Assembly (NCBI RefSeq): GCF_947568905.1 | Contig: NC_079168.1 | Coordinates: 26,536,001 to 26,600,000 of the forward strand | Length of the DNA: 64,000 nt | DNA from: Ostrea edulis | Lineage: Eukaryota | Direction of reading: 5' to 3' | In this document: piece after piece, positions 47,895-60,900 of the stretch | How the letters are laid out: every line of letters begins with the position of its first letter | How positions within the stretch are numbered: the first letter of the stretch is position 1 | Program-made: the position numbers and the translations under genes | Notes under the pieces: model-generated | The model's database searches: none | Told to the model about the DNA's origin: nothing | What the model saw: the letters and a program-made list of their open reading frames with translations, nothing else

Positions 47895-50800
47895 TTATTA
47901 CACCTCAGTATGAGAATTCTATGCAACGCGTAATCTGATTGGTCTAGACAGTCACGTGCCAGGGAAGACAAAACTTCATATCTCCCTCTCAAACATCATA
48001 TCTCCCTATCATATTTCCCCTTGGGCAGTTTCGTGCAAACTTCCACCAGAGTTCGTTTGCTCTATTCGTAGGTGACGTAATGAGGCCTCGACGGGGAGTT
48101 TGCAGTTTCGTGCATTTTCCATAAATTCACGCTTCCACGCCCCGCCCACCGATGACAACGAACGTCACATGTTTTCAGACTCCGTCAACTTGTGTAAACA
48201 ACATGGCGGACGATTTAGATCATATACAGGATACCTTTTCAATCGCCTCGTTTACTCGTGAATTTTCACAGAAAAGTCCGTCAAAGGGTCTGACATACTT
48301 CAGAGAAGATTATGTTCACATAATTTCAGTGAGTAAAAACGCGGAAGAAACAGTAATTATAATATAACTTATTTGTTAGCGCTAGATGCTTTCGCTGCAT
48401 TTGAAGTAAAGAAACACCACATCGTCTAACCATCGAATTGCAGGATCGGCTGTCATCGATGCTAACTGTTCGTGCACAGCTGGGTTAATTACGAAACGTT
48501 TTCCGAGTTTTGAATAATTGTTTTGTTACGGAATTGACGATGTTTGTTGTTCGGTTGAAACTGAATAATTATATCATATATGCTGCGTTGACCGGTTCAA
48601 TAAAATGTTTCATCTGCTTGCTTGCTTTTGCATCTTTTATTTTACTATTATTTATGATTTACTTATTTACCTATTTTTGTACATTTCTTGCAAAGATAAA
48701 GATAAATTAAGTCTTTTCATTATATGGATTAATATTTTTCATTAGATAATCAAATGTAATTTCATAAGTTTAATATATTTGGTTTGCTGAAACTGACCGA
48801 AATATCTTCAGTACCTACCAGAGGGTCACAGTTCTATAGCATAGCTTGACAATTGGAGACAGACCTCTTAATACATGTACCTGGGCAGATTAAGAGTAAA
48901 AGGTAGCTGGACATTACCTGAGCACAGGAAGCAGAGTTGACAGGTGTTAATAAGCATAGGCTGGAACCAGAGATGACCAGTGTGCCTGTTATTGTTATGA
49001 AAACATCACCAACCCACCCCCTCAAATGTTTATTCAACAGTTAAAATGAAGATTAATGAAACAATACTTATAGGTAGTTCTTCTTAAACTAAGGAATTTG
49101 AACAGAAACTTTTACATCATCCCGAATTCAACAGTCATTGTGTACATTATTTATTTAATATTATGACTTATAAGTATATTATAAACTGATAGTGCATGTT
49201 ATGAATTACAGTATTTACCATAATGGTCACTTAAACATTTAAAATAAAGAACACAGACTATAATGACCAAATAATTTTCAATCGACCAGTATTAACCACT
49301 ATTGACCGGTTTTAACCAGTATTGACCACTGGCCCGGTCAATACTCATATTGATCACTTTTTTGCCAACCCTGCACCATCAGTTAACAAAGGAGTTTGTA
49401 AAATCCACTATTCTCTGTAACAGCAACATCTGACATAGATCCAGTAAATAATTCACTAACAAATATGATAATAATAATAGCTTTTATTTATCCAGGATAA
49501 CACAAATTAGCATACAACATACAGCTAGTTTCCATTGTGTCCCCTAAAGGATCACAATCCACAAGTCCCCTTTAGGTTATAGCTGATCTGTAGTCAGAAT
49601 GTGTAATTTGTCACTGCAGTTTTAAAGAAGATGGTTTCTGTGATTTCCTTTCTATACAATCAATGATAGTGCTGGTTGTTGGGAAATTAGTTTTTATTCA
49701 GGTGTCATGTTGTTAATATCATTCCTATAGGACTATATTGAAACACAACCTAACACAACATAAGGTCAATTCAGGCACAGAATATATCACTGATACACTG
49801 TGTTGAAATACAAAATCTTTATGCCAAGTCCTTGATTTCAAAATTATGTCGCAGCCTCATCAGTGTTAATAACAACTGAGATTGTTTTGTCATATTTGTT
49901 ATGTCCCTCCTTTTTTACACACTGGGGAATTTGCTCAGATGTATATATATAAAAAAACTCTTAACAAAGTACAAAATGTGGCATGTCTCAAATTGATATA
50001 ATATAAAAACAACCCTGGGTTTTTTTTTCTCTTGCTGTAGAGTACTGTTAATGTCAAATGGGGTGGCCTGTTGGTGGGGTTAATCTTGGGCTTCCATTGA
50101 TAACTGGAGTTGCAGATGATGATTCAGTATGCTCTGTTGATGAAAGGCATTTTCTGCTGTTGTTAACTGGTGTTGTAAATTCTCTGACTTGTGCTGCTGT
50201 TACAAGTATATCCACTGAATCTATAAAGAAACAACAATTTTTTTTTAGCATTTGGAAGTAAAACATAGATGCTGAGAGGGGCCATGGAATTTTAAAAGGT
50301 GACCTGACCTATTATATGAAAGTTCCTATGCATACATTACACCCAACAATTTATTAACTACTTATTTCAGTTTGCTCTAATTATTATGAAATCTAAATTC
50401 TAATTTAAAACCATTTACATGTATTATAAAATATATATGGACAAAAATTCTATTGATATTTAAAAACTTTGACCACTGAATCAGTCTGATTACTGAAACT
50501 TTAGAACTTTATTCCCTGGTATGATCTATTGTAGGAATCATGGAACGAAAACCTTGAATATGGCGCTCTTACAGTCATGTTATGATATGTATGGCTGAGC
50601 CAGGGAAAATTTAAGACACCAGACCAGAAACTGCATATATATTGGTGTAAACATTAAATGAATTGACCCTAGATATGAAAATAGTTTAGATATGGGATTC
50701 TTTTTAATAGATAATATTATAGTAAAAAAGAAATAGTACTGTGTAGCTCTTAGCACAGATGCTTGGGTTCATGACACCCCCCCCCCCCTCCCTTAAATAA

Positions 50801-51925
50801 CCTAGCTACACGAATTGTTATATCCAGTGGGGATAGTTTTAAAAAAAAGCTATTTTGGGGTATGTAAGACATTGTTGACATGCATTAGTGAGATTTTCAA
50901 CAAGAAATAATTTAAATCAAGTCGTGCAGGTTATTCGGGAGAAGGGGGGGGGGGGGGGGTCCTGAACCCAAGCACCTGTAGCTCTTAGTACATTTATACA
51001 CATGGCATGGGTATGTATTATTATCAGTCCCTGATTTAACTATTACTATTAACTAATACATAAGTGTCTGCTAAGACTAACTTACTTTTAAACATACAAA
51101 CGTGTGCCGGTCCAGTCTGCTCTTACTGTGGGGCCTACCGCACGCCTTTATCCAACGTAAACATTAATCTTTTTGTGATTTTGGCTTTGGAAATGTGATA
51201 AACATCACTTCTAGTATCCTTTCTGGGTAACGTGAATCACTGTTGCTTTTCCCCGACGCACAAAATTCCACCAGTTTTATGAGAACTCGAAGTTAATCAG
51301 GCTAAAACATCTGTACCTCAAAACCTCCGTCATCACAAGTTTTGACGGAGGTAATGGCGGACAATTCTTCCGCGATTCTGATTGGCTGTAAGGAGATGAT
51401 AACCGCACCTCCCCTGACGACAGTGGAAGCGTGAATTTAACGTCAAAGTAGACGAAGTGTATTGTGACGTCACAATAAGTCCGAGTCATTCTACTTTCAT
51501 AGTTCGTAAGGCACAAAATATGCGGGTCTCTGATATACAGTTTTAAAATCGACTGATTTTGGTTGATATAAAAACATGCAAGTAAATCAGCATTCAAGGA
51601 GAATGGAAATACAAAAACTGGTTATCATATCACTGTGTTTCGCTGTTTGTACCTTCTATATATATACGTTGACGGCGCGATGTTCTCAGCTACATACATG
51701 TAGGCTACGATGTATAGATGAGTAAACTCCAATCTCAAATACAATTTTGTAGTCTTGCTTTGTTTCGGTATAATAAACAATTTATTGCATGAATGTTCGG
51801 GAGATATGAAGATTTATTCACCCAAGAAAAATCATATTCCCCTCGGGCGTTGCCCTCGGGGAATATGATTTTTCTTGGGTGAATAAATCTTCATATCTCC
51901 CTCACTATCATGCAATAAATGTATA
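47895..51925. mobile_element. ~4-kb non-autonomous insert splitting the LINE RT at TT^AA; possibly Crypton-like
   Basis: Removing it restores ...IDKW-L-SNIDSGKLTG... in frame. No TSD is evident. It has a terminal long hairpin and subterminal inverted motifs. Boundaries +/-2 bp; the Crypton assignment is inference only. Confidence 0.65.
51780..51920. repeat. Long palindrome (hairpin/cruciform-forming)
   Basis: Perfect 44-bp arms 51799-51842 / 51858-51901 with a 15-nt loop, plus an outer 13-bp stem 51780-51792 / 51908-51920. Confidence 0.95.
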
Positions 51926-52956
51926 AAGTAATATAGATAGTGGCAAATTAACAGGTGTTCTTTTTATTGATCTTAGTAAAGCCTTTGACACTGTAAACCA
52001 CCAGGTATTGTTACACAAGCTTTCATCATTTGGTATTTGTCAAAATTCTTTTAAATGGTTCCAGTCTTATCTTAGCGGAAGATCACAATGTGTTACATGG
52101 AAAGGTGTTTTGTCAGATGAAAAAGATGTTACAATAGGAGTACCTCAGGGGTCCATATTGGGTCAATTGTTCTTCATTTTATTTGTTAACGATTACTAGT
52201 ATCCTAAATGCCTAAAGCACTCAAATGTCTCTATATATGCAGATGATACATCTCAGGATGTTTCACATCAATCTATTGATGTTATTGAGCAAAGGTTACA
52301 TGATGATCTTTTAAACTCTATGAAATGGATGGAAAGTAATAAACTTACGATGAATTTAGCGAAAACACAATGTATGTTGATTGGCACTGCACAAAAACTC
52401 TCAAAGTGTAGAAAAATGTGTATCAAAGTAGGAGATATTGTTTTAGATACTGTTAAAACGGCCAAACTTCTTGGTGTACAAATAGATGAATGTCTAACCT
52501 GGTCTGTACACATTGATTCTTTATGCAAGAAACTTTCACAGAAAATAGGCATTTTACGTCGTCTGCAAACTTTTATGTCAAATGAAGCATTATTGAAAAT
52601 TTATAACACTGTTATATTTCCTCATTTTAACTATTGTTGCACAGTTTGGTGCTCAGCCAAAAACAGGGTTTTTATTGACAGACTTTTTAAGTTACAGAAA
52701 AGGGCAGCCAGAATTATATTGAAGGTGAAAGTAACTCAGACTTCTACAGCTGATATTTTTAGTGTTCATGATCATTTTGTATATAGAAAACTAGTGCTTG
52801 CTTTTAAGGTTCTTAATAACATGGCACCAGACTATATGAACGTTTTTAATTTTGTCAGCCAAGTTAGTTCCAGAACAACAAGAAATAGCGATAGTGGCAT
52901 TTTATATTTACCAAAAGTTCGAACTGAATATTATAAACGGTCTTTTAAGGTATCCT

Positions 52957-53106
52957 NNNNNNNNNNNNNNNNNNNNNNNNNNNNNNNNNNNNNNNNNNNN
53001 NNNNNNNNNNNNNNNNNNNNNNNNNNNNNNNNNNNNNNNNNNNNNNNNNNNNNNNNNNNNNNNNNNNNNNNNNNNNNNNNNNNNNNNNNNNNNNNNNNNN
53101 NNNNNN
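52957..53106. other. Assembly gap
   Basis: Run of N. Confidence 1.
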
Positions 53107-53688
53107 GTGTGTGTATTTTATGTATATATTTTATATTATGTTATCTATTTTTCTATTCTCTCATGTATCTGTCTGTGAATATGTTTTATACAGGACCACA
53201 ATGTAAACTAGTCATTTGTACTAATTGTTCTATCCTGTCTAAATAAAAGAATTTATTAATATATAAGAAAGGGGTTGATATAAGTCAATTGACTTGTTTC
53301 CCCGATAATTTTCTCGTATCTGTACTTTATAATCTTAAATATATACATGTGTACATGAATAATGAATAAGATATTGTTTAAACTAGCTTCAATAAAATGA
53401 CATTTTTCCAGCTGTTTCTATCATTTAAATCTATCTCCTTGCTTTCTGATGCATGTACAAGTATTTCATGTTGCACCCACTCTCAGGGTTTGACAATAGT
53501 TTACACATACATATGCTTTATGGATCCAACATTTTAAAACAAAATCCCTTTGGAACTCAATTTAGTTGTGTGTTTAGCTTGGTTTTTATTTTAGGTTTAA
53601 ACTTTGATATTGGACATGGATATAATTAATTCCTAATTCTAATGGATAATTTATTTGAATTGCGTCTGCGCATCACAACAGCAGGAGA

Positions 53689-54538
53689 AAATCTGCAGAC
53701 TCATCAAAACAGCTGATTATCAGCATTCTGACAGTTTATTTATGGAAGTAATAATTATTAACATTTATGTTTAGTTTACAGATACATGTACAATATGATA
53801 GTAACACACAAGTAAACTATCATTACTTACTTTTATGACGGAAGTGCGAGTCCGGCGTATTCCGTTCTTTGTAAGGGGGTCGCGATCGTGCACATGTACA
53901 TGTATACTTTATTAAAATCTACAATGCCATGCCGACACGTGTAATACTGACGCTGTTCATAATACGGGCCGATCAACTAATATACATTGTACGACCTAAA
54001 TTTAAAGACCCGTGAAGCAATTTAATCTATATTTAAACAATACATCCCGAGTTCACTCTATATAAGCACATTATATTGCTTAAAGAAAACTAAACGCCTT
54101 CATTTCATAAATTTAGAAAAATCAAAATCATAACTGAATTCCGAATTGCTTTATAAAAAAAATTTATTAGTTGCTATGATATGTACCAGTTTCTATGGCT
54201 ACGATTTATCATACACATTACTTCATTGTATATTAAATTTCTCGTTTCAACGTTCAATGTCGCCGAATATATACCGAAAAACAAGCCACGTTAATCAGAT
54301 TTAAAAATTCATAGCGCACAGCGCTGTACGCTATTTAAGAATTCTGTACTGTAATGTTAAATAAATCCACCCAAACACATCTTCTTAGGCGATCTAAATG
54401 ATCTAATCCACAAGTCTGCTCTAGATAATGTGTTAGGTACTCTGTTACAACTGTCATTTTATGTTCGCTAGTAAAGAGATGGTTACAACAATGATGACCC
54501 ATCAACCCATTAAACTATAGGTAATTCAGAACGTATTA
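53689..54538 (+). repeat. 850-bp direct repeat, copy 1
   Basis: Near-identical to 58240-59091; by eye about 8 substitutions and a few small indels. Confidence 0.95.
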
Positions 54539-55202
54539 ATTATCAGATCCAGTGAGCTAGGCATTCCGCAGCACATGCCCGCTTGCTCGACATTCGAGCC
54601 AAATGTAGTCCGATCCCAGCGTGTTTAATGCATCACCATTGCCTTGAATGATAACACCCGTGAATATGAACATGACTTTATTGATGCTTCAAAAGGTACA
54701 ACAGAACAATTTACACGATACAACATATGGAATGGAACAAGGTTTGTAAGTGGATGAAAAGGCCGCAATTTTTGTGGGGGACGGGGGATACATGCAATTG
54801 TACCAAGACAGTATGAGCACAAAGGAGGCCGAGTGTAAGCACAAGTGCCTGATCCGAACGATTACCGCGTTCTGGACCAGTGTAGGTGGGGCCGCCCTTC
54901 TCCCTGTCTCCAGCGCCACCTGGTTTTACATTTACCAGACTGTGGCCTCCCCCCGCTTGAACGAGGTGGAGGTGGGACCAGCCCTGGCAGGCCATGACCC
55001 ACGATTGTTACCATATTTGCACAACTACACATTGTTACTTTGAGCCACGCCCCCCCCCCCTGCTTTGTATGCAGGGTGGGGGAGACCACCAGGTTATGGG
55101 GCCACTTGATCCCAGCCTACACTACGGTATCCCCCAGTCCCCGCCACAGGACATAGGCACTATGTCCCCCCACAAAAATAAAAATTGAACACTTAATTTG
55201 AG

Positions 55203-55847
55203 CTACTCTGAAGGGTAGATGTTAGACGTGTTATTTAAAAACAACTGAATCCCAGATTGCAAGTTGTTTAGATAGATGTCTAGACCTGTTTTGGATAAAT
55301 GAGTACCATCGTGCCTGAACAGGGGAGTTTCTGAAACCCTGATAGTTGTGTCATGGTTAATATAACAGCCAGTGACTTCTTGGGTAATAAACTTTTTGAT
55401 AGCCTTATTGACTTTGAGGCGTTTGCTATTGATTTTGCCGCCTGCAGTAAGTGGGGCACCGTGCCAATATAATCTGGGTAACATTGATGAAAATATTAAT
55501 GTGGTGTTGGGAAGAAGTACATTGTAGCGGTACAAGCTACACTGGATTTTGTGGACAAGCTCAATGTCTGTCAATGCAGGTGTAGTAAGGTCGTTAGAGC
55601 CAAGATGTATTAGCAAAAATTTTGGTGGGGCTAGATGAAGTAAATGTTCAGACACCACACTATCCAGTTGGACCCAATGCATTCCCCTGCGACCAAGCCA
55701 ATTGATTAAAACAGGTAAATTAAGGTTACTTCCCCCTGGCCGTTGGGTTGCTGCATGGTGTCCTGCCCAAAAAGGGATTGATGATCCAAGGATCCAAATT
55801 GTAGGGGTACCTACAATAACTTTGGTATGGTTAGCATAGGAGAACAT
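55203..55847 (-). CDS. SGNH/GDSL-type hydrolase ORF of the Ngaro-like element, 214 aa
   Basis: Blocks IWILGSS, GRRG, IHLGSNDL and RHDGTHL (catalytic Ser, Gly, Asn, Asp-x-x-His) are present in one open frame. Confidence 0.75.
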   Translation of the reverse strand: MFSYANHTKVIVGTPTIWILGSSIPFWAGHHAATQRPGGSNLNLPVLINWLGRRGMHWVQLDSVVSEHLLHLAPPKFLLIHLGSNDLTTPALTDIELVHKIQCSLYRYNVLLPNTTLIFSSMLPRLYWHGAPLTAGGKINSKRLKVNKAIKKFITQEVTGCYINHDTTIRVSETPLFRHDGTHLSKTGLDIYLNNLQSGIQLFLNNTSNIYPSE

Positions 55848-55863
55848 CTAATAAATTAAAGAA

Positions 55864-56893
55864 TTATGTTCGGATATAACTTAAATATGCAGCAGATCGC
55901 CATCTTCCCTTGGCCTTGATTTCAGAATCAGAAAGGCCCATTTTTGCTAATTCTGTTGCCATGCCTATTCTGAAGCTATGTGACCTAAAGTGACCTGATA
56001 CTCCTATGAATTGCAGTGATTTTTGGAATACTGCTTGAAACTGATATTTTGTTAAGGGCTTAGTGTTCAAGTGTGCTAGCAAGGGGCCGGTTCTGGATAC
56101 TCGGTCTCGAAGGCGCAGGAACTGACTGATGGTCGCAACTGGGTTAAGCTGGAGTTATGATGTGGAGTGATATCCACTTTGGCAGAGCTGCCTATCTGGT
56201 CCGTTTTGGACTTTTGTATGATAATTTGGCAAAGGCTGTGATGCACAATAGTAATGTCAGAGCGCTGTAGTGCAATTGTTTCAGAAACTCTGAGCAAACC
56301 ATAATAAGTGATGGTGAATGCCGCCGAGAATAATGCAGACTCATAAGCAGACCTACATACATTGGGTTGGGAGTGGGTAACTCGGCAGAAAAGTTCGTAG
56401 GATATAGGAATACGGATATCCTTGGTTACGCCTGCTGACCTACGCAGTCCTTCGAGGGTTTTGGTAACAATGAAACATTTGGTTGTATCTTGAAGGCCAT
56501 GTATTTATGCTTGTAGGCGATGGCATTTAGATAAAGTGATACAGTCCTGTAAGACATGTTTTGCAGTGAAAGGTGCCCAATGTAATGTAGTAACTGTGTG
56601 ACTGGGACTGGCCAAAATGGGTGGAAATGGAATTGAACAAGAAAATTGCGGAATTTGTTAAGCGCAGCCGAATATGCTTGCTGTGTAGATGGTGCTAATG
56701 ATCTGTGAAGAAGTCGATCTGCCTCCAGCTTTAGATTTGCCAAATGTCGTGTGGCTGTGGAACTGGGGACAGGTCTGCTTGGGGTGCCAGTCGCCTGAAT
56801 CTGCCCCACTGTGAACGAGATAAGGAGTCTGCTATAAAATTTTGTTTGGTTGGGATGTATGACACCTGAATACAGATATTGGACTTGAGGCAT
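55864..56893 (-). pseudogene. Tyrosine recombinase, frameshifted
   Basis: Pieces in several frames: SLAPSTQQAY (N-terminal domain), LRVSE, KSKTDQ, SHSFRIG and GRWRSAAYLSYIR. Confidence 0.85.
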
Positions 56894-58239
56894 GTTAATA
56901 CTAGCTTGCGAACCAGGTTCATAACCCGGTCGGATTTGGATGTAGCCTGGTTGATAACATGGACCACTGCCATATTGTCAATGTGAAATAGGAGTTTGGA
57001 ATGAGCAAACTGGTTTTCCCATAAGGTAAGAGCGACAACCACTGGAAAATATTCCAAAAAAGTCATGTCTCTAATGATGTCTTGCTCAGCCCAACTACTT
57101 GGCCAGGACCCATGTGCCCACTTCCCCGCAAAATAAATACCAAAACCTCCCTTCGGCCCCCCTGCGCTGTCTGTAAACAATTGAATTGTTTCATCATATA
57201 CCCAAGGTTGAAGCGAAATCACAGAAATGCCATTGTAAGACTCTAAACAATTGCTCCAGACCAGAAGGTCTGCTTTGATGTTTTTTGTTACCCTGATTCT
57301 GTGATGCTGTTTAGTGATGCCGATAGATGAATTGATGAGCCAGCGACAGAAGGCTCGTCCTGGGGCGATGACCTTGCAAGCAAAGTTAAGTAGACCAATG
57401 AGAGACTGCATTTCGCGAAGCGAGACCTTTTTGGCGTTGTAGAAGTACTGTAATGAAGACATAAGTTGATTTAATTTTTCGTGAGGGAGGCGCATGGTCA
57501 TATTGATGGTGTCGAGTTCGATGCCCAAAAATGTGAGAATGTGGGTAGGCTCCACGGTTTTTTCATCCGCGATGGGAACGCCAATGTCAGCGCATATAGA
57601 CTTGAAAGCCTGAAGGGAGTGGTGGGTGACAAAAGAATGGGGTGGGCCACAAAAAAGAAGTCATCAAGATAATGAACAATGAACTGGTTCTGTGTATGTT
57701 TTTGGATGAGCCAATGTAAAAATGACGAAAACTTTTCAAACAATGCGCAACTAATTGAAGCCCCAAACGGTAGCATTTTATCAAAGTAGTACTTGCCTTG
57801 AACTCTGAACCCAAGCAAATCGAAATCGCCAGGGGATACAGGGAGCAGCCTAAATGCTGACTTAATGTCAGTCTTTGCTAAAATTGCCCCTTCCAAGCTT
57901 GGCTATAAACTGTGCTGCTTGGTCTATGTTGCTATAATGTACTGAACATGCTTTAGGGTCAATGAAATGATCGATCGATGCATTTTCAGGGTAAGACAGA
58001 TGGTGTATGAGTCGCATGTCACCATCTTTTTTGGGGACCAGGCCTAGTGGTGAAACTTGCAAGTTGGGAAATGGTGGTGAATTAAAGGGGCCAGCCACGC
58101 GTGTTAAGGCAACTTCTTTGTGAATTTTATTGTTAGCTATTGTTAAATTAGCATTAAGGCTAGGGAGATTATTGGACTCGCGTGATGACGTAGGCCTTCT
58201 ATACTGAAGTTTAAAGCCGTGTAGAAACCCTTCCCGAAT
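56731..58239 (-). pseudogene. DIRS-type reverse transcriptase / RNase H, frameshifted
   Basis: SPLGLVPKK, RLIHHLS, KTDIKSAFR, LPFG and HYLDDF; RNase H LFTDSAG, DNMAVV and ADSLSR. Split over three frames. Confidence 0.85.
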
Positions 58240-59091
58240 AAATCTGCAGACTCATCAAAACAGCTGATTATCAGCATTCTGACAGTTTATCTATAGAAGT
58301 AATAATTATTAACATTTATGTTTAGTTTACAGATACATGTACAATATGATAGTAACACACAAGTAAACTATCATTACTTACTTTTATGACGGAAGTGCGA
58401 GTCCGGCGTATTCCGTTCTTTGTAAGGGGGTCGCGATCGTGCACATGTACATGTATACTTTATTAAAATCTACAAGGCCATGCCGACACGTGTAATACTG
58501 ACGCTGTTCATAATACGGGCCGATCAACTAATATACATTGTACGACCTAAATTTAAAGACCCGTGAAGCAATTTAATCTATTTAAACAATACATCCCGAG
58601 TTCACTCTATATAAGCACATTATATTGCTTAAAGAAAACTAAACGCCTTCATTTCATAAATTTAGAAAAATCAAAATCATAACTGAATTCCGAATTGCTT
58701 TATAAAAAAAAAATTATTAGTTGCTATGATGATATGTACCAGTTTCTATGGCTACGATTTATCATACACATTACTTCATTGTATATTAAATTTCTCGTTT
58801 CAACGTTCAATGTCGCCGAATATATACCGAAGAACAAGCCACGTTAATCAGATTTAAAAATTCATAGCGCACAGCGCTGTACGCTATTTAAGAATTCTGT
58901 ACTGTAATGTTAGATAAATCCACCCAAACACATCTTCTTAGGCGATCTAAATGATCTAATCCACAAGTCTGCTCTAGATAATGTGTTAGGTACTTTGTTA
59001 CAACTGTCATTTTATGTTCGCTAGGAAAGAGATGGTTACAACAATGATGACCCATCAACCCATTAAACTATAGGTAATTCAGAACGTATTA
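58240..59091 (+). repeat. 850-bp direct repeat, copy 2
   Basis: Matches 53689-54538. Confidence 0.95.
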
Positions 59092-59204
59092 TGATGCATT
59101 TGCTATCATCTGACCAGATTTAACGGGTATTAGATGTTCAAGTCGCACCTACAGGATGTTCTAACAGTTATAACAAATTAATGAATTAAACTAATAACAA
59201 TTAA

Positions 59205-59930
59205 ATGGAACAGTTAACAAATGAACAGAACAGTTAACAAATGAATAGAACTGTTAACAAGTGAATAGAACAGTTAACAAATGAATAGAACAGTTAACAA
59301 ATAAATAGAACAGTTAACAAATGAATGAAATAGTTAACATATGAATGGAACAGTTAACAAGTGAATAGAACAGTTAACAAATAAATAGAACAGTTAACAA
59401 ATGAATAGAACAGTTAACAAATAAATGGAACAGTTACCAAATGAACAAAACAGTTAACAAATGAATAGAACAGTTAACATATAAATAGAACAGTTAACAA
59501 ATGAATAGAACAGTTAACAAATGAATAGAACAGTTAACAAATAAATAGAACAGTTAACAAATGAATAGAACAGCTAACAGATGAATAGAACAGTTAAAAA
59601 TGAATAAAATAGTTAACATATGGATAGAACAGCTAACAATTGAACAGAACAGTTAACAAATGAATGGAACAGTTAACAAATGAATAGAACAGTTAAGAAA
59701 TGAATAAAATAGTTAACATATGGATAGAACAGTTAAGAAATGAACAGAACAGTTAACAAATGAATAGAACAGTTAACAAATGAATAGAACAGTTAACAAA
59801 TGAAAAGAACATTTAACAAATGAATGGAGCAGTTAACAAATGAATAAAACAATTAATAAATGAATAGAACAGTTAATAAATGATTAGAACAGTTAACAAA
59901 TGAATAGAACAATTAACAAATGAATGATGG
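59205..59930. repeat. Satellite, 20-bp unit GAATAGAACAGTTAACAAAT, block 1
   Basis: Read directly. Confidence 0.97.
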
Positions 59931-60135
59931 AAATATTTAGAAATGAATATCTGGAACATAATAAATGCGAAGTCAACAGGGTACCAGTTTAGGCAAATGA
60001 CAACACGGAATTATCGTATACAATGCATTTGTAAACATTCTGAAGGACTTTTTGAGATTTTCTAGTTATGATCTTTAATTTCGCCACCTTTTTGGAACAT
60101 GCAAAATTTTACCAACATCTTAGACCCTATGCCTT

Positions 60136-60890
60136 TAACAAATGAATAGAACAGTTAACAAATGAATAGAACAGTTAACAAATAAATAGAATAGTTAACA
60201 TATGAATAGAATAGTTAACATATGAATAGAACATTTAATAAATGAATAGAATAGTTAACAAATGAATGGAACAGTTAACATATGAACAGAACACTTAACA
60301 AATGAATAGAACAGTTAACAAATGAATAGAACAGTTAACAAATGAACAGAACAGCTAACAAATGAATAGAACAGTTAACAAATGAATGGAATAGTTAACA
60401 AATGAATAGAATAGTTAACATATGAATGGAACAGTTAACAAATGAGTAGAATAGTTAACAAATGAATAGAACAGTTAACAAATAAATAGAACAGTTAACA
60501 AATGAATAGAACAGTTAACAAATGAATAGAACAGTTAACAAATGAACAGAACAGCTAACAAATGAATAGAACAGTTAACAAATGAATGGAATAGTTAACA
60601 AATAAATAGAATAGTTAACATATGAATGGAACAGTTAACAAATGAGTAGAATAGTTAAGAAATGAATAGAACAGTTAACAAATAAATAGAACAGTTAACA
60701 AATGAATAGAACAGTTAACAAATAAATAGAACAGTTAACAAATGAACAGAACAGTTAACAAATGAATAGAACTGTTAACAAATGAATAGAACAGTTAACA
60801 AATGAATAGAACAGTTAACAAATAAATAGAACAGTTAACAAATGAATGAAATAGTTAACATATGAATGGAACAGTTAACAAATGAATGAG
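60136..60890. repeat. Satellite, same 20-bp unit, block 2
   Basis: Read directly; degenerate copies continue at ~61660-61900. Confidence 0.97.
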
Positions 60891-60900
60891 GGAACTATTT

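Larger units (their letters stand above)
45920..53250 (+). mobile_element. CR1/L2-type LINE (APE endonuclease + reverse transcriptase), disrupted and interrupted by a 4-kb insert
   Basis: APE motifs RRDRNRHGGGV, VYRPP, MGDFN, LIDHI, SDH (46400-46850). RT motifs KATGLD, NYRPVS, QSGFR (47533-47890), resuming with FIDLSKAFDTV, GVPQGSILG, YADDT (51927-52250). Frameshift in a G run at ~47473, in-frame stop at 52197-52199, N gap near the 3' end. Confidence 0.88.
54539..58239 (-). mobile_element. 5'-truncated tyrosine-recombinase retrotransposon (DIRS order, Ngaro-like)
   Basis: Gene order on the minus strand is RT, RNase H, tyrosine recombinase, SGNH hydrolase, then a GC-rich 3' region with AATAAA. 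No gag; the RT ORF begins abruptly at the repeat junction. Confidence 0.85.

Noticed and set aside
50054-50266. Exon-like segment on the minus strand inside the 4-kb insert
   Set aside because: No recognisable motif, and I could not link it to other exons.
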